Source of the DNA: Euglena gracilis
Taxonomy: Eukaryota
NCBI GenBank assembly: GCA_039621445.1
Contig: CP154954.1
Span: 46,045,847 to 46,109,846 of the forward strand
DNA length: 64,000 bases
Direction of reading: 5' to 3'
Shown: positions 14,251 to 25,191 of the stretch, piece after piece
Layout of the letters: each line of letters opens with the position of its first letter
Position numbering within the stretch: the first letter of the stretch is position 1
Program-made: the position numbers and the translations under genes
The notes under the pieces: model-generated
What the model saw: only the letters and a program-made list of their open reading frames with translations
Told to the model about the DNA's origin: nothing
Databases searched by the model: none

Positions 14251-15404
14251 CCACTGTGTGCTATCAAACATGGTGGGTTTTGTTGGAATTTTAAAAATGC
14301 GAAATGGTGGGCCTGGCCCCCCCCCCCTCTTGCAGGGGGGGCTGATATTGGGGGGCTGGTGCTGAGATCTTTTGGGGTTGCATTTGGCTGGGGGTGATGA
14401 TCCTCCTCTTTTGGGTGGGGGGGGGGTTGTTTTGCTGACTCCTTTTGATTTGGAGTTGCCTTGGGATGAAATTCTTGATCCACTTGTTTTACTGGGTGAA
14501 GGTATTGTGTTGAATTGTCTTCTCTTTGGGGGGGACTTTGTGAGACAAAAGGGAAAGCTGCAGGCAGAAAAGCACATTGGAAGGCTGACGGTGATGCCAG
14601 TACCACATCTGGGATTAAGGGTGCTGGCAGGCCAGGGTTGTATAATGGTGTTGGGAGGGGGGGGGCTTCTGTACTCTGGCCTGTGCTGAGAAAGGCTCTG
14701 AGGCTTCTGAAGAGTTCAGCCTCTCTCCTTCTCTGCTCTTCTTCTCTGATCCAATTCTTCCTCTGGTCATCTTCTCTGCTCCAGTTTGATTGCAGTGGCT
14801 GCTGAGATTGCTGGGGTTCACCCCAAAGGTTGGTCTGTGATGGAATGTACATTTGTATGATTGATGTGACAGATGGACATACTTGATTTCTACCCACTGG
14901 TGGGCATTGGAATGGGCTGTTCACTGGAATGCCCACTGATGGGCCTGACTGTGGAATGCCCACTGATGGGCTTGCTGTACAGGGGGGCCCCAGACTCACT
15001 TGCTGATGGAGCTGGGGCTGAGGAGAACTCTGTTGAGATATATGATAACTGGGTCGACCTCTCTGCCATGGAGGCTTGTAATCTCTTCCAAACCTTCTCT
15101 GTAGGTACTCTTCATGCTCTTCCCTCTCTTGCCATGTCCTCTTCTTTCTCTGTGAGCTGCTGTCTTGACTTTCTCTGTCACTATGTACAGGGCGGTCAGC
15201 AGTGAGTCGTTGTGCCGCAGCAGTGGTTAGCACCGGCACCAACAGCGGTAACAACATCTTGGCCAGCAGCTCCAACTGTCCAGTGTCCACTGCAACAGTA
15301 GGTGTACTTGAAGGGTTGGTTGTGGTAGCAGCTTGGTTGACAAGGGGTGTATTGTCTTGAGTCTTGGGGTCTTCTGGAGGGCAATCCGGCCCCTTTGCAG
15401 CCAT
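14232..15404 (-). CDS. Unknown 390-aa Pro/Gln-rich ORF directly behind an SL copy (retroelement ORF1 or processed retrocopy)
   Basis: Intronless ORF whose ATG lies 14 nt after the SL 25-mer. Confidence 0.5.
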   Translation of the reverse strand: MAAKGPDCPPEDPKTQDNTPLVNQAATTTNPSSTPTVAVDTGQLELLAKMLLPLLVPVLTTAAAQRLTADRPVHSDRESQDSSSQRKKRTWQEREEHEEYLQRRFGRDYKPPWQRGRPSYHISQQSSPQPQLHQQVSLGPPCTASPSVGIPQSGPSVGIPVNSPFQCPPVGRNQVCPSVTSIIQMYIPSQTNLWGEPQQSQQPLQSNWSREDDQRKNWIREEEQRRREAELFRSLRAFLSTGQSTEAPPLPTPLYNPGLPAPLIPDVVLASPSAFQCAFLPAAFPFVSQSPPQREDNSTQYLHPVKQVDQEFHPKATPNQKESAKQPPPHPKEEDHHPQPNATPKDLSTSPPISAPPARGGGGQAHHFAFLKFQQNPPCLIAHSGQNWAQ

Positions 15405-15418
15405 GGTGATTATGCAGA

Positions 15419-15443
15419 CGAAAAAAAATAGACACTCAGAAAG
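15419..15443 (-). other. Second genomic copy of the spliced-leader exon (25 nt)
   Basis: Identical 25-mer; 14 nt upstream of the ATG of the 390-aa ORF; not followed by GT. Confidence 0.9.
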
Positions 15444-15960
15444 ACTCTCGCTTTGTGTTTCTTATATACACGGTGGGTAGCACAGCTTCGCCCGAACCGT
15501 GCCCCGGGCCCAGGGAAACGTCTCTTTTGGCCCTCGCCACAAGAGGAACCCCCTTGTGACTCCCTGTGCCGCCACAGGTCGCGGGTTCGGACTCCCACGA
15601 CAGAGGAAGGGGGAGGAAGGGACCAAGAGGGCGAAGCACAAGAAGATGGTGAGGTCCTGCTTTCCTTGCCGGCTGTTCTGTTCTGGTGTGTTTGTGCGTG
15701 CGCGGGGGGTGCTTCTTACTGCGCCTTTGTTGCCGGAGTTGGCGATTATGAGGCCGCGTCCGACACCTTGGCGAAGCTGAACCGCCGTGGCTCCGCCCCC
15801 CCCCCCTCTCCCATGGTCGCTTGGTGGGCCCCCCCCCCTGATGGGGATGGTGGTCTCTTTCTGTGTTTCTGGGTGGGTTGCTGGGGTTGCTTGGTTGGGG
15901 GTCCCCTTTCTGGTTGGGATGTCTTTCTTTTTCTGCTGATTTTTTGGGTGAGAGGGTTGG

Positions 15961-16063
15961 GCTCACCATCTTCTTGTGCTTCGCCCTCTTGGTCCCTTCC
16001 TCCCCCTTCCTCTGTCGTGGAAGTCCGAGACCATTCGGGCTCCGCACTGCGAGATGGTGAGGT
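15961..16063. repeat. DIRS internal complementary region (ICR)
   Basis: Joins the complement of the 3' extension to the complement of the 5' terminus (junction GTCCGA|GACCATTC). Confidence 0.85.
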
Positions 16064-17025
16064 ACTGTGCACCCCCCTTTGGGCCATAATTGTTTGAATT
16101 TTTGAAACGTCCCCCAGCCTCAAATAATGAGCTTGGAAGGCCCCAAAATTTTTCCACTGAACCAGCTGCTGGACTTCTTCCACTTGCAAACCAGCATTTT
16201 TCCACCATAAAACCCCAGCCCCTCTGGTGCTGTGGGGTTTCCAGTGGGTGGTGTCCACCCCCCCCCTCCTGCAGAATTTCGTTGGTCAGGGAATTCACCC
16301 TTTCTGAAGTCAAAGGTCTTTTGCCATCCAAAGACCACAACAAATGATTTTTGTGCCCAACCAGGTGGGCTGTCCTTCCCACATATTCTTTCAATAAATG
16401 CCAGGGGCTGATGAGGGAGGTGTGTGGCAAAACCAAAATCTCCTCCCACCTTGGGCACTGCCATCCTTTCCTTTGCAATAAAATGAAAATTTTTTCTCCT
16501 ACGAAACTGATTTTTCGCTGTGTCCTGGCTAAATCAACCCCCCTGTGGAGGGACAACAGCCTCCAACAGATGGTGAGCCTGTTTCTGAGCTCTTTCACCG
16601 ATAGGTCTGAGAGGGGTTTGGATTTCCTGATGATGTTCTCCAAGAAATCAGTGGGGTCCCAAAAATGGGCATACTTGCAGACATTGGAATTCCATTTCGT
16701 CTTCAATGGAGACAAAAGAGCGGAAAACCTCAATGACCCAAACCCTGGGAGTAATAAAACTGCTGCATATGCATTTCTTGCAGTGTTGAGGCTGTGGGCA
16801 GCCAGGTCAAGGATGGCCTCAGCCATCCTGTGGACTGTGCAGTCCTGCAGGGGCACCCCTTTGTGCAACAATTGGCCCATCAAAGCCTTGAATGCTGAAT
16901 CATATCTTTTGACATTCCCCAAATTTTTTATGTAAGTGTCGATACTGGACATCGAAACTTCCTGGGATTGTAATATTTGCCTGACACAATCAAGCAGGCC
17001 AAATTCCACCTTGGGGGGGGGCATC
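16060..17025 (-). CDS. DIRS tyrosine recombinase (frameshift in a C-run near 16265)
   Basis: HRGVDL (Arg), KPHSTRGAG (HxxR), QWKN...AHY (Trp/Tyr). Confidence 0.82.
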
Positions 17026-18850
17026 TCCTCCCCCCAGCAGTTGGTGAACAGACAAAACTGGGGGGTACCAGCAAAACCTTGCTGCCTGGCTGCCTGATTG
17101 ACATTAATTGGCGCCACCATGATGTCGAAGCCCAGTGGGGTACAATCAACAGACAATTCAGGTCTGGGTTTAGCATCAATCTCTGAACCCACTGGGGGAT
17201 GATGCTCCAGGGAGGGTTGGCATAAACTGGGGGGAGACCCCTTAAATCTGCCTTCAAGGCATCCACCAGCAAGGCCCCTTGGTGGGGGTATCGACAAATG
17301 AACTTGGGGAATTTTTTGTTGCTGGGTGTGCAAAACATGTCCACCTCTGGGGTGATGTGGTGCTTGAAAAATTTCAGAATCTGGTGAAAAATGTTCATGT
17401 TCAGGGTGTAATCCCCTGGATCTTTTTGCTCCCTGGTCAGGGAGTCTGCCAGTTGTTCCTTTGTGGGAACCCAAACCACCTGCAAATTGATTTGCATTTC
17501 TTGGCAATGGTACAGAAGGGGTTTTAGGATGGAATTTAGGTATGGCTTTTTGCCTCCCCATTTTGTTAAATAACTTACTGCCACCTGGCTGTCCACATGA
17601 AGAACAATGGTTTGTTTTGGTTTTGCCAAAGCCTTTACAGTTTCCGCTGCAGACATCAATTCTTTTTGATTGATGTGAAGGACATGCAGATCCCTCCAGA
17701 AATCTTGGACCTTTTGACCAGAATTTTTGTCCAGCCCCCCCCATTGCCAGGTGCTGCTGTCTGAGAACAGTTCTTGAGAGGCCTGGGATTGAAAGGCTCT
17801 GCCCACACCTGCTGCAAAAATGCCTTTAACTCCACAATTTGATCTTTGACCCCCTGGGGAATGGTTAGGGTGTGGTCCCAACCCCACTTTGTGTGCAAAT
17901 CCACCATCTTGCAAAGTTGATCTGTCAGAATTCTGAGAAAAGGCATTGAAACTAAATAGCTTCTGACTTGCCCTACAATAGAGCTGAGTTTTCTGCAGCT
18001 CATTTTTTGTGCTGTCAGCACCTTTCCTAATTCCTTTGTTAGGGATTTTAATTTTTCCTGTGGAATTTCCAGTTGGCCTTTTTTCAAATTGATCCACTGG
18101 CCCAAATGCTTTATTTCCTGTGTTGGTTCCAGACATGATTTGGGGAGGTTTATTCTGAAACCTGCCAGCAAAAGATCTTTTTTCATTTCTGCCAAATGAT
18201 GGGCTGCTGTCTTCTTGCTGGGGGCTAACAGCAAAATGTCGTCCAGGTAGATGAAAACTACCTTTCCTTCCTTCCTCCGTTTCCTGTCCCAGACTCTCAT
18301 GAGAGTCATAAACTTTTGTGGCAGGCTGCTTAACCCAAAGCATGCAGCTTGAAATTGCCACGTTTCCCCCCCCCACCTGCATGCAAACATGCTTTTCCAG
18401 GCTGCTGTGAAGCTTTAAATGGAAATAAGCATCTTTCAGATCTATTTTTCCACAGAACCAACCCTTTCTGAGATATGGGAATATGTTTCCCATGTGTTCC
18501 AGTCTGAACTTCTGGGGGGTGAAATGTTGATTTAACTGTCGACAATCTGAAATTAGTCTTTCCTTTGTCTTTCCCCCTTCCTGTTTGGAAATGATAAAAT
18601 AAGGGACAAAATGTTTTGCTTCCTCTGGGGGGATTTGCCTGGTTGCCCCTGCACATTCGTATTCCGTCAGAATTTTTTGGGCAGTCATTATTTCTTGGGG
18701 AGTTTTGAAGAGAACTTTTAAGGACATCTGAGGGGGGAGGGGAAGATCTGCCCTGACCCCTTCCCTTATCAGGTTTAATACCTCTGTGCTGGCTCCTGCC
18801 TTGACCCAATGGGGAATGCTGGCCTGCAGGGCCTTGTAAGGGGGTACCCC
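16928..18850 (-). CDS. DIRS RT-RNase H-DNA N6-adenine methyltransferase-like ORF (frameshifts near 18370 and 17800)
   Basis: RLISDCRQLN; KIDLKDAYFH; CFGLSSLP; IYLDD (18238-18249); FSDSS, HINQKEL, VDSQ, ADSLTR (RNase H); EVDMF and VYANPPW (MT). Confidence 0.88.
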   Translation of the reverse strand, partial: GVPPYKALQASIPHWVKAGASTEVLNLIREGVRADLPLPPQMSLKVLFKTPQEIMTAQKILTEYECAGATRQIPPEEAKHFVPYFIISKQEGGKTKERLISDCRQLNQHFTPQKFRLEHMGNIFPYLRKGWFCGKIDLKDAYFHLKLHSSLEKHVCMQVGGGNVAISSCMLWVKQPATKVYDSHESLGQETEEGRKGSFHLPGRHFAVSPQQEDSSPSFGRNEKRSFAGRFQNKPPQIMSGTNTGNKAFGPVDQFEKRPTGNSTGKIKIPNKGIRKGADSTKNELQKTQLYCRASQKLFSFNAFSQNSDRSTLQDGGFAHKVGLGPHPNHSPGGQRSNCGVKGIFAAGVGRAFQSQASQELFSDSSTWQWGGLDKNSGQKVQDFWRDLHVLHINQKELMSAAETVKALAKPKQTIVLHVDSQVAVSYLTKWGGKKPYLNSILKPLLYHCQEMQINLQVVWVPTKEQLADSLTREQKDPGDYTLNMNIFHQILKFFKHHITPEVDMFCTPSNKKFPKFICRYPHQGALLVDALKADLRGLPPVYANPPWSIIPQWVQRLMLNPDLNCLLIVPHWASTSWWRQLMSIRQPGSKVLLVPPSFVCSPTAGGRRCPPPRWNLACLIVSGKYYNPRKFRCPVSTLT

Positions 18851-19098
18851 TGGGTGTAATGTGTCTGGGGATTCCACAGGCCCCATCACTGGGGTCCTTC
18901 CCCCTGGCTGCCCCATCACTGGGGTCACACCTGGCTGCCCCATCACTGGGGTTCTGCCTGGCTGCCCCATCACTGGGGTCACCTCTGGCCCTGCCATAGG
19001 GCTGTCCAAAGACAGGCTTTCCCCCTGAATTTGAAAGATTGGGGAAAGTCTGTGTCTGCAATGGGGAGGTACATATATAGCTGGGGGGTGTGGGCTGA

Positions 19099-20115
19099 TT
19101 ACCTTCTGGGGGGGGCCTGGTGTAGCCAATCTTGGGCCTCCCCCCCCAAAGGGCTGATGTGATCTTGAATGCACTGGCCTCCAATGGCCACTTGATTTTG
19201 ATTGAAATGGCCTCCATTGGCCTTGAAGTCTTGATGCTTCTCCTGGCCTCCATTGGCCTTTTGCATATAATGGCCTCCATTGGCCTTGATATTTTGATGC
19301 TTCCCCTGGCCCCCATTGGCCTCTTGCATATAATGGCCTCCATTGGCCTTCCCCTGAAGGGGGTGTTGGTTGCTTGGATGTGCAGCTCCTGAGGGTTTTG
19401 TGTTTGAGAGAGCTGTGGGGTAAGTTGGACACACCTTTCCCCCGTGGGAGCTTTCCAGGTTTGGACACAGGCTGCCATAGCTTTGCTCCTGGGCCCACTG
19501 CCTCTTGGATGATGGCTTCCATAGCCATGATTCTGGGCCCCAGGCCCTGTCCAATGATGGCTGCCATAGCCTTGGTTTTGATTTGAATCCTTTGGATTGA
19601 GGCTGCCATAGCCTTTGCTTTCTCCCCTGAAAGGGGAGGAACGGAGAAAAAGGGGTGGAGTCTGTTGGACCTGTGATGGTGGTCCCCCTCTGTCTTCTCT
19701 TCCTGACCACAGTTGTCCATGGTCCATGGCCATCATTTTTAGGGGGGGAGCCTGAAACCTTGAATTTTGAAATCTTTGAAGTACTGGGTGGTGGGGGGGT
19801 TGCGATGGCCACGGACGGACGTGTCGCTTCCGCCCCTCCAGCTTCTGCAGCTGCTGCTGTGTCTCCACCTTCCCCAGCTTCAGCTCTTTGAAATTCATTT
19901 TTCATGGAAGTCCCGTTGTTGATCTCCGAGAGTTGAATTCTTCCGTCAGGAAGTTGAAGTTCCGAGAATTTTCGTCCACTTGAGTTCGTAGAAGTAAAGT
20001 TCTTTCTCCTTGAGGTCGAAGGGCAGAAATAGGAATCAGCCAACTCCGGCAACAAAAAGCAGTAAGAAGCACCCCCCGCGCACGCACAAACACACCAGAA
20101 CAGAACAGCCGGCAA
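19099..20115 (-). CDS. DIRS ORF1 (gag-like), low complexity, probably frameshifted
   Basis: Position downstream of the left ITR; homologous to the 5' part of 12173-12980. Confidence 0.4.
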   Translation of the reverse strand: MPAVLFWCVCACAGGASYCFLLPELADSYFCPSTSRRKNFTSTNSSGRKFSELQLPDGRIQLSEINNGTSMKNEFQRAEAGEGGDTAAAAEAGGAEATRPSVAIATPPPPSTSKISKFKVSGSPPKNDGHGPWTTVVRKRRQRGTTITGPTDSTPFSPFLPFQGRKQRLWQPQSKGFKSKPRLWQPSLDRAWGPESWLWKPSSKRQWAQEQSYGSLCPNLESSHGGKVCPTYPTALSNTKPSGAAHPSNQHPLQGKANGGHYMQEANGGQGKHQNIKANGGHYMQKANGGQEKHQDFKANGGHFNQNQVAIGGQCIQDHISPLGGEAQDWLHQAPPRR

Positions 20116-20483
20116 GGAAAGCAGGACCTCACCATCTCGCAGTGCGGAGCCCGAATGGTCAGCTTATACTACGGGTGTAATGTACAAAAGAGTGATGAGA
20201 TGTACTTGTTCAGGGTGCGAAGGTCAGTGGTTAGTGGTTAGCCGAAGATGAGCAAAGGTCACCTTCAATATATATTGGGCGGGGAGGGGGGGATGTTTGT
20301 ACCTCTTTCGCCCCAGGATGGCGTGTTTGTGTCGGGTTTTGGCTTTTGTTGTGTTTTGCTTCTCTGCGCGTCTATGTGACCCCTTGATTTGTCTTTGGCT
20401 TGCCGTGTGGCCCTGCTCAGGGGGTAACCAGGGGTTAAAAATAGCAGGTGAGAGTTCAAGGTTGGTTATTTGGTTCAGAGTTT

Positions 20484-21083
20484 TGTTGGGGGGTTTGGAG
20501 GACCCTGCTCGCCCGGGGGGGGGCTGCTTTCGCTGGGGCCACGATTTCATTTTTCCGGCCCTGGTGGGCTCAGGCCAGGGCCTTTGGCAAGTTGGGCCCC
20601 GTTTTCAAATAAATACACAGGTGGTAATGGGGGTGAGGTGTGCCCCCTCGACCCAGGTCCCCCTGTCTCCCCGCGTAGGATCGTTTTTAGCCTCCACTGT
20701 TTTGCCTTTTCAAACATTTGGATCAAAAGGTGAGCAAAGACAAACCAACCCTCCTACTTGGAAGCACACAGCAGAGCACAACAAACCTTGGACTTGAGAA
20801 GGTGGGCAAGTACCTTTGAGTTTAGGTGTTGAGTGGGACAAAGAATGTGGAAATGAATGCCTTGGCTTCCTGATGTTATTTGAATTGATCTTTTTGCTCT
20901 TCAAGTCTCCAATTGACTTTTCTTCTTTTCTGATTCTCAAATCGAATTCTCAAATTCTTCTTGAAATTTGCTGCGGTTCCAATTCCACTCGCGTGGCGGT
21001 TGACTTGCTTTGGAGGTTCCTACTGGGAATTTTCTGGGAATTTTTGGGAAATTTTTGGCTGCCGCCGCCAGCGGCAGCCGACA
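20484..21083 (-). repeat. 3' LTR
   Basis: Near-identical to 27216-27813; TG...CA ends. Confidence 0.9.
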
Positions 21084-24000
21084 CCCCCTCCCTTGCGACG
21101 TTAGTCGGACCCGTTTTTCTGCCCCACCCCCCCGAACCAAAACGGGGAGAGTAAAATTGATTTTTTTTTTGTGGGGGGTGAAAATTCTGAGTTTTTTTTT
21201 TTAAAACGGGTCCTGTCGCTTTTTTTTTTTGAAAATCGGTGTTACGAGTCGACCCCCCCCCAGCCATAATCTCGGGCACCTTGGGGGACTCTGAAAAATC
21301 AGGTCTTCGGGGGAAGCCCCCCCACCCCTTTCCTCCGACAAGCATGGGGAACGGGTCTTTGAACACAAAATCTGAAAACCGATTCCAAACAAAACAAACT
21401 CTGGGCACTCCACCCCAAGGCCTATGTCCCACGCTACCCCCTTGGTGAAAATCCTTTCTCTTTTTTTTTTTGGCAGCTTTCATTGTGTGAGACTTCATTC
21501 GATTTCGATTTTTTTTAAAAAAAATCAGGGACTTTGGCCAACAGTGCCTCAGAAAACGAATTGTGTGGGGAAAGAGAAAACAGAAACCCAGGCATTCCTT
21601 TCCAATTCGGGACAGAAGAGGTAAAACGGTGAAAAGGTGATGGGTAAGGAAAGGCAAACGGTGAGGTGCAAAGGTAAGACGGTTATATGGGGGAATAGTG
21701 TACAGATGGGTGTGCGGGTTCGTGTGCGTTGTGTGTTTTGTGTGTATGCACGCTCACTTCCTTGTCATGCATTCCAACCGAAAATGACTGGGTCGATCGA
21801 TTTTTTTTTGAATGCAAAGAGAACAGGGCTTCACATTGGCCCTCAGCCACTATATCACAGGGCTTTAGTGCCCACGTGGCTGGTTTTTTTTTTCATTGGC
21901 CCACACCAGGGCCTGTGGACGGAGTAGGGGTCATCTCCGGTCCAGGGTCCCCCCCCCCGAGTTCGGATGCCTCCAAGCTGTGTTCCGTGAAAAAATGCCT
22001 TTGACCAATATCCAATAGTCCAAACCGAATCAAAAAACTGAGTTTTAAAACTCCAAATCGTTTTGTCGTCCACCAGAAAAATTATCAAAATCCCAGGTTT
22101 TTCCAACTCTTTGAATAAAAATCCTCCAGCAACAAAAATCATCAAAAAATCAAAATCAAAAAATCTGAGTCCAACACAGGGCTTACAAAAGCCCTCAACA
22201 AAATCCAGTCCAGAATTCCAACCCCTGACATCCAGCTGAGAACAACCAACCCAAACAAAAGCATCCAGCAGCATACCGTTGTTGAGGGGCCAGGCCATCC
22301 GGCCCAGCTTTTGGCCCAACCAACACACTGCCATGTAGCCAACCAATCCGGCTTGCCAATTAAAATTCACTGCCCCCCCCCAGTCCACGGGGCAATGGGG
22401 GTCAAATGACATGGCAAACTCAAAAATACTGAAAATCCAAATCCAATTTTCTCAGCCAAGGCGATTTTTCGCTGCCCCCCCCCCCCAGTCACATGGGGCC
22501 ATGGGGGTCACTCTGGCTTCAGCCTCCAAACAAAAAAAATCACAAACCTGGGCCGTAATATCCAAGCCGGCTGAAATCTCACGCATGTCAAAGGACGGGC
22601 CTTCACAATGTCGCCCCCCCCCCACCGTCAACCAATGCGGGGAGGGCCACGGGTTAAAAATTCCTGGCTGCAAAACCGGAATCCCCATTTGACGAAAAAA
22701 ATGGGAAAAATGGATCTTTCATCAAACCCCGCCATATCTGGGGTATGACCAAAACAGTCACGGTCACCAATTGATGCAATCCTGTCCCCACTCAAACGTC
22801 TCACAGGGTATCCAATTCTGAGTCAAAAAATTCCAGCCGCGAATCCAAAGCTGATTTTGATCCACCACACCAACAAAAAAACAGGGCTTAACACAGCCCC
22901 CCCCCCCCCCAGCTGCACGAGGAGGGGAGAATAAACCAAGTTCAACCTCAGAAGCAAGCAAACTGAAACTCAGCCCCTGGCACCATGGGATCTGCCAACC
23001 AGATTGTTGAGCCGGGCTTGGGCAATCGCGCCCGGCTTGGTGAAGGTCAGCCATTTAGACTTCTCCCCCAGCCAGGCGACTGAAGTCCAATGAACTCAAA
23101 CTCCTCGGCCAGAACATGAAATTCACCAATCAATATCCCAGCTTTGAGCTCCCCAGCAACTCTCTCCCCAGCAACTTGGGGAAAATGAATGTATCCACCA
23201 TTCTGTGACTCCACAAACAATCCACAATTGTGATCATGACAATGGTAAATCATGTGATTCAAATGCATGTGATTCAATTGCTTGGGTCCCACTTATGTCA
23301 TTGAAGTCTGTTCACCATCTCATTGAAATGTCAATGTCATCATCCCAGTCTTTGAAGTCATGTTGAAATTGTTGAAATCCTTGAATTCAATAAGTTCAGT
23401 GAAAAATCCTTGATAACTTGACTGCTTTGCTCCTTCGTTTCGTGATTGCTGCTTGAACCTGCATGACAAGGCAACACACACGCACAAATTCACCACTGGC
23501 AACACACAAGGCAGATTTCTGAATTTTCTCACTAAAATACCACTGAATTCTGAACCGAAACGGCACTTAAAATCTGATCATGATCCATCAAATGGGTCAC
23601 ACGAAAACTGTGTGAGCAAGCCTCCAACTGCAAAAATTGCCTTTGGGAATTTTGCATCGTGGGCCCTGTGTATTTCTCCCTTAAGCAGACTCCTACAGCT
23701 GAAAAAAAATGCAACAGAAAGTGTTACCCACAGATCAACAGATTTTCAGTGAAAACTGAACCAAATGATGGTGCCACTGATGGGCCCAAAAATGAACTTT
23801 CCTCAGGGGTGTCTTTTCCTCCTGGGTTAATCCACCTTGGTTCCCACTTGGACTGAAAACTGAAAACTTTCCTGAGCCCTTAGATGGGTGGCCACAGGGG
23901 TGTTTATTCCTTGCCTGGGTCTAGCCCCACCCTCGGAACCCCTCTTTGCGCGCTTTCCAAAAAAACTTTTTGGTTCGAGTGGTCAATCAGAGGTCTCCCC

Positions 24001-25191
24001 TACCTCAGGATTTGGCAAAACCCCAGATAAAACCTGCCACAGGACTGCTGGGCTTCCATACTCGAAAACCACAATGAAACTGGACTGAAAAATCTGAAAA
24101 AACTGTGCCGATTCTCCAACATATGTCCCTGTCCAGGGGTAAGTTTCTCTCTGGAAAAACTGTCCCGTGACAAAAGGGACCAGCAAAAACACAAACCAAA
24201 ATTCCACCTGAGATGCCTGATTTGTCCCCGTCAGGGATGGTGACACATGTCAGTGCCGTGCCCCACCCCAAATGACATTTGGGACAACCGAAAACTGAAA
24301 ACTCTGAAACTGAAAATCATGATCTGGCTGCCTGAACACTAGGAGAAAAATCCCAAGCATCGTGGCTGGGCGTCTCCATTTAAGTGGAAAGCAACTGGGG
24401 AAAAAACATGCACCCCAGAAACCAGATTCAACAAATGTTTGACTTGGCTGTTTTTCATAAGCCAAACTCTGTGAACTGAAAATCCAGAATTAAACTTCTG
24501 GCTGATTTCGCATCTGCCTCCAACACCAAATTACGATGAAAAACGTATGAAACAACAACAATCACAAAAAACAGACCACCGAAACATACTTGACACCGTA
24601 AAGTGCTGTGCTGTGCCAGTCAGTGGTTAGACCTGTGCTGAAAAAAATCACCACCACCACTGATATGGTGGAAACCACCCCCAGCTGTTCCAGGGATTTA
24701 AATGCCAGTCCCAACCCCACCAATCTTGAAACCAACTTGGTCTCAAAATCTGAAAGTCGTTCCAACTGCTTTTGGATGGCCTCCAGAATTTTTTCGTCTG
24801 TCTGAATTTCCTTGGCTGCGTGGCAAAATCTGAGGAAGATTTTTCAGAAGATGCTGATGACGGCTGCGAATTTGTGACATGTCCAGAATTCAGGTTCACA
24901 GACACAAAATTTTCTGGACCTGGAAACTTTTCACTGGACTGCAACTTTTCAGTGATTTCAAACATTTTCAGCCGTTCCTCCAGAATCTTTTCTTCACTCT
25001 CCAGCCGTTTTGACAGAGCCTCGCCCTTCTCACACAGGGACTGGATCCTTTCAGAAAAACGATTTTCTATACACAAATTGTGGCTGAGCCCAGATTTCAG
25101 CCTGAAAACGTGTTCAGCCAGGGGGCCCCCGAAGGGGGCCCCCTGAACACGTTTTCAGGCTGAAATCTGGGCTCAGCCACAATTTGTTTAA

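Larger units (their letters stand above)
15587..20160 (-). mobile_element. Full-length DIRS1-type tyrosine-recombinase retrotransposon
   Basis: Inverted terminal repeats (20060-20160 vs 15645-15722); 3' extension 15587-15650; ICR 15961-16063; RT/RNaseH/MT and YR ORFs. Confidence 0.92.

Noticed and set aside
15419-15443. SL RNA gene (also considered for 33020-33044)
   Set aside because: Neither SL copy is followed by the GT donor or an SL intron, so they are relics or target sites, not SL RNA genes.
15470-15586. HDV-like or hammerhead ribozyme near the SL copy
   Set aside because: The region is GC-rich with a GGCGAA motif, but I could not build the nested pseudoknot or a CUGANGA/GAAA core by eye.
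21800-23300. Protease or chromodomain remnants in the LTR element
   Set aside because: Only faint resemblance; no catalytic motif could be confirmed.
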